Origin: Bacteroidales bacterium
GTDB lineage: Bacteria > Bacteroidota > Bacteroidia > Bacteroidales > JAUNSR01
DNA: 64,000 bases
Assembly: GCA_036655355.1 (NCBI GenBank)
Contig: JAVVQG010000003.1
Span: 206,770-270,769, forward strand
Reading direction: 5' to 3'
Part shown: positions 9,826-19,359 of the stretch, in pieces
Layout: every line of letters starts with the position of its first letter
Numbering within the stretch: position 1 is the stretch's first letter
The notes under the pieces: model-generated
What the model saw: only the letters and a program-made list of their open reading frames with translations
What the model was told of the DNA's origin: nothing
Database searches by the model: none
Translations under genes and position numbers: made by a program

Positions 9826-11190
9826 TTATTCTACGATTTCGCCCAACAACGTCGCCGATGAGACTTCCAAGACACGCACATTGACCAATTGGCCGATGTG
9901 ATGACCGTTTTTAGGGAAGACCACCACTTTGTTTTGACTGGTACGACCGTACAGGTTTTCACGAGATTTTTTAGAGAAACCTTCCACAAGCACTTCGAAT
10001 GTCTTGCCTACGTCGCGCAGGTTGCTTTCGTAAGCGAGACGGCGCTGTAGTTCGATAATCTCCTGAAGGCGGCGTACTTTCTCCTCTTCGCTGATGTTAT
10101 CGGGAAGTTTCTTGGCCGCATAGGTACCCGGACGTTCCGAATATTTAAAGTTGAAAGCAAAATCAAATTGAACTTCTTCCATTAGCGAAAGCGTCTGTGC
10201 GTGGTCTTCGAGCGTTTCGTTGTGGAATCCGCAGAAAACGTCTGTCGAGATACCGCAGTCAGGCAGGATTCGACGAATGGCCGCGATTCTTTCAAGATAC
10301 CATTCGCGGGTGTATTTGCGGTTCATCAAGCGCAGGATCTCGGTACTTCCCGATTGTACCGGCAAGTGGATGTGACGACAGATGTTGGGATAGGCAGCCA
10401 TCGCTTCGATGATTTCGTCGCTCATGTCTTTCGGATGCGACGTGCTGAAGCGGATTCGGATATCCGGTGCGGCTTCCGCTACCAAACGAAGCAATGCTGC
10501 AAAATCCACGCGTTGTCCCTCCTCTTCGTAAAGGTAAGAGTTCACGTTCTGTCCCAGCAACGTCACTTCTTTGAAGTTTTTCGCACGCAGGTCTTCAAGC
10601 TCTTTCAAGATGCTCTGCGGTTCGCGACTTCTTTCACGTCCTCTGGTGTAAGGCACGATGCAGTAGGTACAGAAATTATTGCAACCGCGCATGATGGAGA
10701 TGAATCCCGAGATGCGGTTTCCGCCGATGCGCGAAGGGATGATCTCACGGTAAGTCTCGTCCGTAGAGAGTTTCACATTGATCGCTTTTTCGCCGCGTTC
10801 TACCGATCCCACCAGGTTCGGAAGATCCAAATAGGCGTCGGGACCCGCAACCAAGTCAACTTGATAATTGTCAATCAACTCATCCTTTACACGTTCCGCC
10901 ATGCAGCCGAGCACCCCTACCACGAGGTTTTTCTTCTTTTTGCGAAGCGCGCTAAAATACTGGAGACGTCCTACGATCTTCTGTTCCGCATTATCACGGA
11001 TCGAACAGGTGTTAACAAGAATGGCATCCGCCTCCTCGATGTTCTCCGTAATTGAATAACCATCCATCTGCATTACAGATGCAACAACCTCGCTGTCAGC
11101 TACATTCATCTGGCAACCATACGTCTCAATAAATAATTTCTTCTCCTCTGGAGTAGCAGATTTAAAGTCTGCTTCCTGTGCTTCTTTCAT
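9826..11190 (-). CDS. miaB: tRNA i6A37 methylthiotransferase
   Basis: TYGCQMN, NTCSIR, GCMAER, radical-SAM CNNFCTYC, C-terminal TRAM domain. Confidence 0.98.
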   Translation of the reverse strand: MKEAQEADFKSATPEEKKLFIETYGCQMNVADSEVVASVMQMDGYSITENIEEADAILVNTCSIRDNAEQKIVGRLQYFSALRKKKKNLVVGVLGCMAERVKDELIDNYQVDLVAGPDAYLDLPNLVGSVERGEKAINVKLSTDETYREIIPSRIGGNRISGFISIMRGCNNFCTYCIVPYTRGRERSREPQSILKELEDLRAKNFKEVTLLGQNVNSYLYEEEGQRVDFAALLRLVAEAAPDIRIRFSTSHPKDMSDEIIEAMAAYPNICRHIHLPVQSGSTEILRLMNRKYTREWYLERIAAIRRILPDCGISTDVFCGFHNETLEDHAQTLSLMEEVQFDFAFNFKYSERPGTYAAKKLPDNISEEEKVRRLQEIIELQRRLAYESNLRDVGKTFEVLVEGFSKKSRENLYGRTSQNKVVVFPKNGHHIGQLVNVRVLEVSSATLLGEIVE

Positions 11191-11309
11191 TTGTTTTTAA
11201 TTAAAATATGTTTGTAATGGTGTTTTTAGCGGAAATATTATAAAAAAAATCTAAAAATAATTTTGAAATAATTTGTTTAAAAAAAACAAAATGCATTACT
11301 TTGCTAGTG

Positions 11310-11392
11310 CAAACAAAAAATGAAAATTTTTTCATAGTTAAGGTTTAGGTTAAATAAGGAAGAGGTGGCTGTGAAGTTACCTCTTTTCTTTT
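11310..11392 (+). ncRNA. Candidate stand-alone small RNA
   Basis: TTTG(11272)-N20-TTACTTTG(11296) promoter-like pair, then about 80 nt ending in hairpin AAGAGGTGGC/GTTACCTCTT plus U-tract. The next gene has its own TAAATTTG at 11430. Confidence 0.45.
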
Positions 11393-11458
11393 TATCGCCC
11401 GAACCTACTGTTTTTTATGTGGTTATTGCTAAATTTGGGAACAAAAATACAAAAACAC

Positions 11459-11971
11459 ATGAAGAATTTAGAGGAGTTACTACCGATTCTCATTATTTTA
11501 ATAGGACTGTTAAATGTTATTTTCAAGGCTTTTTCCAAAAAGAAGGGAAAAGATGAGCCTGTAAAACCCACTCGGTCCGTTTCCCGAAAAACCGCACCTC
11601 CTGTTTCCACCGCCCCTTCGCAAGAAGATCAATGGTGGCTCGAAGAGGTATTCGGTATCCCTGCTACGGAAAAGCAACCCGTGCCTGTTGCTGAAAAACA
11701 ATCTCCGATTAAATCGATTCCAAATAAGAAACCTGTCGTGAAAGAGTCGTTGCAAACCCAACGCGATAACATGCGTAAAGCGGACGGTCCCTCTTTTTCT
11801 GCCGCTTCAAAGACGAAAAAGAGCGATGAGATGATGAAGCCGATGGAGAAGATGAAAGTGGAAAGCGTGCATTCCGCTGCAGCCGGCTCTATGGGGCGTT
11901 TGTTTCAAAACCGCGAGGATCTGAAACGTGCCGTGGTGATGAAAGAGATTTTATCCAGGAAATTCGATTAA
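11459..11971 (+). CDS. Hypothetical protein with N-terminal membrane anchor
   Basis: Hydrophobic N-terminus, low-complexity middle, C-terminal DLKRAVVMKEILSRKF resembling a conserved Bacteroidota motif; ATG at 11459. Confidence 0.75.
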   Translation: MKNLEELLPILIILIGLLNVIFKAFSKKKGKDEPVKPTRSVSRKTAPPVSTAPSQEDQWWLEEVFGIPATEKQPVPVAEKQSPIKSIPNKKPVVKESLQTQRDNMRKADGPSFSAASKTKKSDEMMKPMEKMKVESVHSAAAGSMGRLFQNREDLKRAVVMKEILSRKFD

Positions 11972-12143
11972 TATTCACAATAAATCGCTTTTGCGCCGGC
12001 CGGAGCGATACCCGATTGGGTATTAGGAGATTCAACTAAATTATTTTGCGGTTTGAGGGCGATTGAATGGAATTAATTTTTACATTTGGATTCTAACTTT
12101 ATACAAATGATTTAAATCTTAATCTAAAATACTTAAACACATT

Positions 12144-13658
12144 ATGTCCTTTAAAATTATTACCCCCGAAGAAGCCGCTGGCTTCGTGAAAGACGGTTAT
12201 ACCGTCGGTTTTAGTGGATTTACAGCAGCCGGCACCCCCAAAGCAGTTCCTCAGGCATTGGCTAAGATGGCGGAAGAGTTGCATCAGTCAGGTCAGCCTT
12301 TTAAAATAAACGTCTTTACAGGAGCTTCCACAAATGATTTCATCGACGGAGCACTTTCCCGTGCGAAAGCGATTGCTAAACGCACGCCTTATCAAGGGCA
12401 CAAAGACAGTCGGAACGGTGTGAATAACGGCGAGATTCAATATTTCGACATGCATCTTTCACACACGGCGCAATACCTGCGTTACGGTTTTCTGGGCAAA
12501 GTGAATGTAGCCATCATCGAGGCTGCAGAGATTACCGACGACGGCGAGATCACACTCGGTACGGGTGTGGGTTCTACTCCAACCTTTTGTGAACTGGCAG
12601 ATATCATCATCGTAGAGCGTAACAAATACCTTCCGAAAGAGCTGAAAGGATTCCACGATCTTTACGAGCCGTTGGACCCCCCTTTCCGCAAAGAAATTCC
12701 GATTTACAAACCGAGTGACCGTATCGGATCGAACGTGATTCATGTCGATCCGGCTAAGATCGTGGGTATTGTTGAAACCAACTATACCGACGGAGTGAAG
12801 GGATTCGCACCGGTTGACGAGGTGACCATGAAGATCGGTGAGAATGTAACGAACTTCCTGATCAGCGAAATGAAAGCGGGAAGAATTCCCAAAGAGTTGC
12901 TTCCGTTGCAATCGGGTGTGGGAAATGTGGCGAATGCCGTGTTGGCCTGTCTGGGTAAGAATCCGGATATCCCTCCCTTCGAGATGTATACCGAAGTGGT
13001 GCAGGACTCTGTGATTGCACTCATGAAACAGGGTAAATGTAAATTCGCCTCCACCTGTGCGCTTACCTTGAGCGATGAAGTGATGGAGGAGGTTTTCGAA
13101 AACCTGGATTACTATAAGGAACGCGTGGTGATCCGTCCGGGTGAGATCACGAATAATCCGGAGGTGGTACGTCGTTTGGGACTCATTACGATGAATACCG
13201 CTCTCGAAGCGGATATTTTCGGTAACGTGAATTCAACGCACGTGGTGGGAACGAAAATGATGAACGGTATCGGCGGATCGGCCGATTTTACACGCAACGC
13301 ATACATCTCGATCTTTACCTGTCCCTCTGTTGCAAAAGGTGGAAAGATCAGTGCGATCGTTCCATTCGTATCGCATCTAGACCACAGCGAACACTCGGTA
13401 CAGATTCTGATCACCGAACAGGGCGTAGCGGACCTTCGCGGAAAATCGCCAATCGAAAAAGCACATGAGATCATCGATAACTGCGTTCATCCAGATTACA
13501 AACAATTGCTGCGCGATTATTTGGCGTTGAGCAAAAAGGGGAGTCATACGCCACATTCGCTGAATGCCGCTTTCGGCTTCCACAACGAATTCAATAAATC
13601 GGGCGATATGAAGAAAACGAGTTGGGCCGAATATTTCGAGCCTGCCGTGATGAGTTAA
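12144..13658 (+). CDS. Succinate CoA-transferase (acetyl-CoA hydrolase/transferase family)
   Basis: GFSGFT.AG.PKAVP, DMHLSH, PLQSGVGNVANAV, YTEVVQD and MNGIGGSADF. Confidence 0.93.
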   Translation: MSFKIITPEEAAGFVKDGYTVGFSGFTAAGTPKAVPQALAKMAEELHQSGQPFKINVFTGASTNDFIDGALSRAKAIAKRTPYQGHKDSRNGVNNGEIQYFDMHLSHTAQYLRYGFLGKVNVAIIEAAEITDDGEITLGTGVGSTPTFCELADIIIVERNKYLPKELKGFHDLYEPLDPPFRKEIPIYKPSDRIGSNVIHVDPAKIVGIVETNYTDGVKGFAPVDEVTMKIGENVTNFLISEMKAGRIPKELLPLQSGVGNVANAVLACLGKNPDIPPFEMYTEVVQDSVIALMKQGKCKFASTCALTLSDEVMEEVFENLDYYKERVVIRPGEITNNPEVVRRLGLITMNTALEADIFGNVNSTHVVGTKMMNGIGGSADFTRNAYISIFTCPSVAKGGKISAIVPFVSHLDHSEHSVQILITEQGVADLRGKSPIEKAHEIIDNCVHPDYKQLLRDYLALSKKGSHTPHSLNAAFGFHNEFNKSGDMKKTSWAEYFEPAVMS

Positions 13659-13689
13659 TCCGTTCTGTCAAGCATGTTTAAATAGTTCT

Positions 13690-13727
13690 GCCCCGCAACG
13701 CCTTAAAACGTTGCGGGGCTTCTTTTT
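13690..13727 (+). terminator. Intrinsic terminator
   Basis: GCCCCGCAACG/CGTTGCGGGGC perfect 11-bp stem followed by TTCTTTTT. Confidence 0.9.
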
Positions 13728-13787
13728 ATGTAGGCTTTTTTATATTATAGTAGAATGTCTTTCAGGACGAATGCGTGCTTTTATTTA

Positions 13788-13795
13788 TATCTTTG
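13788..13795 (+). promoter_or_regulatory. -7 promoter element TATCTTTG for the U32 gene
   Basis: Matches TAnnTTTG about 45 nt before the ATG at 13841. Confidence 0.6.
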
Positions 13796-13840
13796 CCCTC
13801 AATTTTACGCACCTCTTTATATCTACTTAATTCCAGTTAT

Positions 13841-15097
13841 ATGAATCTGAAAGATTTTGAAATAATGGCACCTGTGGGATCTTACGATTCCCTTACGGCT
13901 GCAATTCAGGGAGGCGCCGACTCTATCTATTTCGGCATTGAGGGACTTAACATGCGTGCTAAGTCCGCGAACAACTTCACGATCGAAGACCTTCATAACA
14001 TTGCCGGTATTTGCGCCGAACACGGTATGAAGAGCTACCTGACCGTGAATACCATCATTTACGATAACGACATCGAACTGATGTATAAGATCATCGATGC
14101 GGCAAAAGAAGCGAATATCTCCGCGATCATCGCTTCGGACGTGGCTCCGATGATGTATGCGCGTCAGATCGGCGTGGAAGTACACCTTTCTACGCAGTTG
14201 AACATTACCAATACCCAGGCGCTGAAGTTTTACGCGCAGTTTGCAGACGTGGCGGTGCTCGCCCGCGAACTGAACATGGAGCAGGTTGCAGCGATCTATC
14301 AGGATATTCTGAAAGAGAACATTACCGGGCCTTCGGGTGAACTGATCCGCATCGAGATGTTTGCGCACGGAGCGTTGTGTATGGCCGTTTCAGGTAAATG
14401 CTACCTGAGTCTGCATGAGCACAACAAATCCGCCAACCGCGGATCTTGTACGCAGCAATGCCGTCACTCCTATACGGTGAAAGATACGCAGACCGGATCG
14501 GAACTGGAGATCGACAACCAATACATCATGTCGCCGCGTGACCTGAAGACGATTCACTTCATGAATAAGATGATTGAATCGGGTGTTCGCGTATTCAAAT
14601 TGGAAGGGCGTGCACGCGGACCGGAGTATGTACGTACGGTGGTTGAGTGTTACAAACAGGCCATCCAATCCGTTATCGATGGCACTTATACCGATGAGAA
14701 GATCGAGGAATGGAACGAACGTTTGTTCACCGTATTCAACCGCGGATTCTGGGACGGCTATTACCTGGGACAGCGTTTGGGTGAATGGAGTCCCCGTTCC
14801 GGCTCGGAAGCGACGAAGAAAAAGCTTTATGTAGCCAAGGGAATGAAATACTTCGCCAACATCGGAGTAGCCGAGTTCCTTTGCGAAACGCAGAGCGTGA
14901 AGGTGGGTGATGAGATCCTGATCACCGGTCCAACAACGGGAGCCATTCAGTTGATTCTTCCTGAGATTCAGGTGGATTATGTTTCGGTGAACGAAGCGAA
15001 GAAAGGCGATCGTTTCGCATTCAAGATCGATCAGAAAATCAGACCTTCGGATAAGTTGTTCGTCATGGTCGATTCGAAAGAGATCGATAATAAGTAA
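13841..15097 (+). CDS. Peptidase U32 family protein (TrhP/PrtC-like, probably Fe-S RNA hydroxylation protein)
   Basis: EIMAPVG, GADSIYFG, HLSTQ, LAREL, Cys cluster HGALCMAVSGKC...RGSCTQQCR, FKLEGR; ATG at 13841. Confidence 0.9.
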   Translation: MNLKDFEIMAPVGSYDSLTAAIQGGADSIYFGIEGLNMRAKSANNFTIEDLHNIAGICAEHGMKSYLTVNTIIYDNDIELMYKIIDAAKEANISAIIASDVAPMMYARQIGVEVHLSTQLNITNTQALKFYAQFADVAVLARELNMEQVAAIYQDILKENITGPSGELIRIEMFAHGALCMAVSGKCYLSLHEHNKSANRGSCTQQCRHSYTVKDTQTGSELEIDNQYIMSPRDLKTIHFMNKMIESGVRVFKLEGRARGPEYVRTVVECYKQAIQSVIDGTYTDEKIEEWNERLFTVFNRGFWDGYYLGQRLGEWSPRSGSEATKKKLYVAKGMKYFANIGVAEFLCETQSVKVGDEILITGPTTGAIQLILPEIQVDYVSVNEAKKGDRFAFKIDQKIRPSDKLFVMVDSKEIDNK

Positions 15098-15195
15098 GGA
15101 TAATAAGCTGCTTGCGTTTCCATACGTTATCTAATTTCGGATCGGTAAATTCTTTACATAAAAGATTAAACTCAAACAGCATTTTAGTTGTTATC

Positions 15196-15229
15196 AAAAG
15201 GGAGAGTACTTCGGTACGCTCCCTTTTTT
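15196..15229 (+). terminator. Intrinsic terminator-like hairpin
   Basis: AAAAGGGAG.GTAC-TTCG-GTAC.CTCCCTTTT followed by TT. Confidence 0.7.
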
Positions 15230-15245
15230 CATTAACGTACACTCC

Positions 15246-16103
15246 ATGAAAATTGCTATTTCGGGTTCTTCCGGCTTTGTCGGTACCCATCTTAAGAATT
15301 TTCTTCAGGAACGCGGGGATACGGTGATCCCTTTGACCCGGTCGGACTTTGATGCGGAGCTGCCTGATTCGCTCCAACGTAAGTTAGCGGGATGCGATGC
15401 GGTGATTAATCTGGCCGGCTCGCCCATCAATGTGCGTTGGACGAAACAGAACAAGGAGTTGATTCTGAACAGCCGTGTGGAGGTAACCCGGAAGTTGGTT
15501 GAAGCGATCAACCGGATGGAGCAGAAACCCGCGGTATTCATTTCAACCTCCGCCGTGGGTTATTACCCCTCCAATGGAGTTCAGACGGAACAATCCGAAT
15601 CCGATCCGAACGCTTTCTTGGCGTTGGTGACTCGCCGTTGGGAAGCCCAAGCGGCAGAAGTATCGTCCGATGTGAGGTTGGTGATTCTTCGTTTTGCGGT
15701 TGTTTTGGGGAAAGAGGGCGGCATGTTGCCTGTGCTGCTGAAGAGCTTTTCGAAACGGGTCGGTGTGATGTTCGGTAATGGAAAGCAAACGTTCGCTTGG
15801 ATTCACATCGATGATTTGATGCAGATCTTCGCACTGATGTTGCGTGACCGTTCCCTTTCGGGGGTTTTCAACTGTGTAGCGCCCGGAGTAACCGATTTTG
15901 AAGCGCTCACCGCGGAAATCGGATTTTACTACAAACCGTTTATACGCATTCAATTACCCCCGTTTATCTTGAAACTTGTTTTTTTGGAAGGTGCCTCCTT
16001 TATTTTACAAGGGCAGCATGCCGTACCGCAGCGATTATCAGCGTTGGGATTCCGTTTTAAATACCCTACGTTATCCGAGGCGATGCAGGCGATTTTCAAA
16101 TAA
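15246..16103 (+). CDS. TIGR01777/YfcH family NAD-dependent epimerase-like oxidoreductase
   Basis: SGSSGFVG, INLAG.PI..RWT...K..I..SR, SAVGYY, WIHIDD and FRFKYP. Confidence 0.92.
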   Translation: MKIAISGSSGFVGTHLKNFLQERGDTVIPLTRSDFDAELPDSLQRKLAGCDAVINLAGSPINVRWTKQNKELILNSRVEVTRKLVEAINRMEQKPAVFISTSAVGYYPSNGVQTEQSESDPNAFLALVTRRWEAQAAEVSSDVRLVILRFAVVLGKEGGMLPVLLKSFSKRVGVMFGNGKQTFAWIHIDDLMQIFALMLRDRSLSGVFNCVAPGVTDFEALTAEIGFYYKPFIRIQLPPFILKLVFLEGASFILQGQHAVPQRLSALGFRFKYPTLSEAMQAIFK

Positions 16104-16302
16104 ATATTGATTTTATATCCAATAAACAGCAATTGTTTAAACAATATTTAATATATTTATTGTAATCTTAATTATTGAGGCGTTCGAAGTTGTTTGAGTT
16201 CCTGTCTTTTGTTTAAAGAGATTTGTTGCGTTTCCCGCAGTTTTATCTGAAGAATGTTTGCTCAAACTGCTTTTTTCACTTCCTATTCAAAATCAGATTT
16301 GT

Positions 16303-16992
16303 ATGAAAAAGTTTATTGCAGAATTAATTGGAACGTTCGCCCTGGTGCTATTCGGATGTGGTAGCGCGGTGTTCGGGCAAATCTTTGTAGGCGCTGATTC
16401 GTTAACGACAATGGGCAATCCGATCACCATCACTGCGATCGGGATGTGTTTCGGTCTGGCTGTATTGATCATGGCTTATGCCATCGGGCCGATTTCCGGT
16501 TGTCATGTCAACCCCGCGGTTAGTCTCGGTGTTTTTCTGAATAAAGGGATGAGTTTTGGCGAGATGATTCAATATTGGATCGCACAGTTGATCGGAGGTG
16601 CATTGGGTGCCATCGCAATCGGTCTGATTTCTCAGCAATGGACTCAATTCGGTTCGAACTCTTTTGCCGAAGGCCACCTTTCGGGTGCTTTCATCGGTGA
16701 AGTGATTTTCACCTTCCTCTTCTTGATCGTTATTTTGGGATCTACCAGTGAGAAAGCTCCCAAAGGATTCGCAGGGATTGCCATCGGTTGGGCATTGGCG
16801 ATTATCAATATCGTGATGATTCCAATTGACGGTGCATCGGTAAATCCGGCCCGTTCTTTCGGTCCCGCAATTTTCCAGGGCGGTGTGGCACTATCCCAAT
16901 TGTGGGTGTTTATCGTGGCTCCGCTTATCGGAGCAGCCTTGGCCGCATTGGTGTGGAAGATTTTCAAAAAGGAGGAAAATCCTGTTAAATAA
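16303..16992 (+). CDS. aqpZ: Aquaporin (MIP family, AqpZ-like)
   Basis: AELIGTFALVLFGCG and two NPA motifs (SGCHVNPAVS, SVNPARSFGPA); ATG at 16303. Confidence 0.88.
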   Translation: MKKFIAELIGTFALVLFGCGSAVFGQIFVGADSLTTMGNPITITAIGMCFGLAVLIMAYAIGPISGCHVNPAVSLGVFLNKGMSFGEMIQYWIAQLIGGALGAIAIGLISQQWTQFGSNSFAEGHLSGAFIGEVIFTFLFLIVILGSTSEKAPKGFAGIAIGWALAIINIVMIPIDGASVNPARSFGPAIFQGGVALSQLWVFIVAPLIGAALAALVWKIFKKEENPVK

Positions 16993-17022
16993 TACGTTTT
17001 GATTGTAAGTTGATAAGTAGTA

Positions 17023-17057
17023 GGCCCGGTACCTTGTGAAAGGTGCCGGGTTTTTTA
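17023..17057 (+). terminator. Intrinsic terminator after aquaporin
   Basis: CCCGGTACCTT/AAGGTGCCGGG stem followed by TTTTTT. Confidence 0.8.
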
Positions 17058-17088
17058 TTTCCTTTGCAACGTAAAAGAACAGATCGAT

Positions 17089-17778
17089 ATGAAGAGTTTT
17101 GAAAGAAAACCGCAACTGACTGCAGACGGTACCCATACGCTATACATCCCGGAGATAGATGAACATTATCATTCCGTAAACGGAGCTGCCGTAGAGGCCA
17201 ATCACGTTTATCTGAAAGAGGCGCTGATGCACCACGGAGGCGCTTCGGTAACGGTGCTTGAAGTTGGCTTCGGTACGGGACTAAATGCTTTTCTGACGCT
17301 GCTGCATGCGTTGGAACAAGGAAAACGTATCCATTACGTGACGCTTGAACTTTATCCCTTGGAAACTGAGCAGGTGGAGCTACTTAATTATGCCGCTCAG
17401 ATCGCTCCCGAAAAGAGCGAACTCTATTTTGCACTGCACCGTGCGCCGTGGAACGAACCTGTAGAGATCATTCCGGGATTCATTCTGGAAAAACGCCATT
17501 GTAATTTGGTGACTTGTCAGTTGGATGGAGCTTTCGATGTGGTGTATTTCGATGCGTTCGCACCCGAAAAACAGCCGGAGATGTGGTCGGATGCGATTTA
17601 TGAGAAGCTATTCGCTCAGATGAACCCCGATGCGGTGATGACCACCTATTGTGCAAAAGGGGTGGTTCGACGTGGATTTCAGGCGGCGGGACTTACGGTA
17701 GAACGCATTCCGGGACCTCCCGGAAAACGCGAAATGCTGCGTGCCACGAAACGCGTAGCTCACGGAAACGTTATTTAA
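17089..17778 (+). CDS. mnmD: tRNA mnm5s2U34 methyltransferase (stand-alone MnmC methyltransferase domain)
   Basis: TADGTHTL, EHYHS..GA..EA.HVY, LEVGFGTGLN, YFDAFAPEKQPEMW and PGPPGKREM. Confidence 0.9.
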   Translation: MKSFERKPQLTADGTHTLYIPEIDEHYHSVNGAAVEANHVYLKEALMHHGGASVTVLEVGFGTGLNAFLTLLHALEQGKRIHYVTLELYPLETEQVELLNYAAQIAPEKSELYFALHRAPWNEPVEIIPGFILEKRHCNLVTCQLDGAFDVVYFDAFAPEKQPEMWSDAIYEKLFAQMNPDAVMTTYCAKGVVRRGFQAAGLTVERIPGPPGKREMLRATKRVAHGNVI

Positions 17779-18223
17779 ACCATTCGATCAAACCGAGGGT
17801 GAAAGCCATCCAGATCAGGTATTTGAATAGTTTCCCGAAGAACATTGCGATACACACGATCAGGAAATTAGATCGCATCAACCCGAATACCACGATAATA
17901 AGATCGCCCACAAAAGGAACGAATACAAAGAATGCGAGCCAGGCCCCGCGTCCGTCGAGGAAGCGGTGGACCTTCTCCACTTTCTCTCGTTTGACGCGCA
18001 TGTATTTCACGATTTTCTCCATGCTGCCCAAGTATCCCAGGTAATAGCATGACATTCCTCCCAGCAGGTTACCGGCCGTAGCGGCGGTCAATACCCACCA
18101 TTTGTCGAGGCCCAGAGCCAAAACCGCACTCATAACGATCTCTGAGTTCGCCGGGATAATACTTCCCGACAGAAACGCAGAAATAAACATTCCCAAGTAT
18201 CCCCACTGAGCCAGATCTTCCAT
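17771..18223 (-). CDS. YqaA/DedA (VTT domain) membrane protein
   Basis: FISAFLSGSIIPANSE, ATAGNLLGG...YYLG and PFVGD. Confidence 0.88.
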   Translation of the reverse strand: MEDLAQWGYLGMFISAFLSGSIIPANSEIVMSAVLALGLDKWWVLTAATAGNLLGGMSCYYLGYLGSMEKIVKYMRVKREKVEKVHRFLDGRGAWLAFFVFVPFVGDLIIVVFGLMRSNFLIVCIAMFFGKLFKYLIWMAFTLGLIEWFK

Positions 18224-18224
18224 A

Positions 18225-19214
18225 TCAACCTATAAAAAACCACCCGAATAAGGCGGCATATATTGCTATTATCGTAAAAAATAAGGCGACACTCCCTTTC
18301 GATACGGAAGCCGTAAATACATCTCCCGCCAACAGGGCTATCGTCATATACATGATCGTCAAGTGTCCGGTCAGATCGGATGAATCAAAAACCAACAATG
18401 CCGAGGCAACCGTACTTAAGAGTATAACAAAATTATAGCATGCTTGTGTTCGGACTTTCTCTTGTAAATTGCTAATTAATAATTTTGTTCCTGAAATCAG
18501 ACCGATTAAGAACGTTACCACCACGTTTACTTGGATCCACAAAGGAATCTGCGTGATATCGGGAATTGAGAACTCAAACAACCCCTCGAATTGTACGGGG
18601 AAAAGCGCCACTTTATCGTTGAAAAAATAGAGTGCGAATTGCAACCAATAGAGCGTAACCAAACCGATAAGAGCGGCCAGAAGCGTCTTCAGTCGCAATG
18701 ACCGCATCATCCACAGCCCGACGATAAATACCGGGAAGTAGAAAATGGCACGGCTCCACACCATGCTCAGCCCTCCCATAAGCATCCCGATCAGAAAGCC
18801 GTGTTCGGAGGATTTCTCCGCCTGATAAGAGCCGAACAGCACAAAAAGAGCCACGGAGATGAGGATCGCTGCAACGCTTCCTTCCGAAACCGATTGCAGG
18901 GGTGGGTTGGTGACCTGAAAGAGGAGGTAGAAAAGAAAAGGGAGCGCCGAGCGGAAGTGACTCAAAGCGAAATTCTCATTCATCTTAAAGAGTCCCCAGC
19001 CCGTCACCATCACCAATAGCAGGTTGATGAGCACACCGGTACCGAGAAACGAGTTGGTTTCTGAAAAATAGTTCCATATCGGATTCAACGGCTGAACCGA
19101 AGGCAGAAATGACTCATTGGTGAAGAACGTAATGCTCCCCAGAACGATGGCGATGACGACTGATACCGGTATGGTAAGGCGATTTCGGGATATGTCAGTT
19201 AGGATATAATTCAT
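18225..19214 (-). CDS. Polytopic membrane protein (DUF6427-like)
   Basis: About 10 hydrophobic segments; typical Bacteroidales position between purD and YqaA; start uncertain (19214 or 19232). Confidence 0.65.
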   Translation of the reverse strand: MNYILTDISRNRLTIPVSVVIAIVLGSITFFTNESFLPSVQPLNPIWNYFSETNSFLGTGVLINLLLVMVTGWGLFKMNENFALSHFRSALPFLFYLLFQVTNPPLQSVSEGSVAAILISVALFVLFGSYQAEKSSEHGFLIGMLMGGLSMVWSRAIFYFPVFIVGLWMMRSLRLKTLLAALIGLVTLYWLQFALYFFNDKVALFPVQFEGLFEFSIPDITQIPLWIQVNVVVTFLIGLISGTKLLISNLQEKVRTQACYNFVILLSTVASALLVFDSSDLTGHLTIMYMTIALLAGDVFTASVSKGSVALFFTIIAIYAALFGWFFIG

Positions 19215-19267
19215 TTCGGCAACTTTTATCAAAAGGTTTGTCGTAAGCCAACGATCACGACAATGTA

Positions 19268-19316
19268 TAAACGGCCTGCCGGCTCTCCGGTGCGGAGGCG
19301 ATCGACAGGCCGTTTA
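19268..19316. terminator. Inverted repeat downstream of purD
   Basis: TAAACGGCCTG/CAGGCCGTTTA 11-bp stem with an inner hairpin and a weak U-tract. Confidence 0.5.
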
Positions 19317-19359
19317 AAGATAGTATAAAAAATCTTATGTCAGGAAAAAGGGTTTTGAC

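Noticed and set aside
10201-11055. 284-aa plus-strand ORF
   Set aside because: Fully antisense to miaB with no recognisable motifs; a codon-bias shadow.
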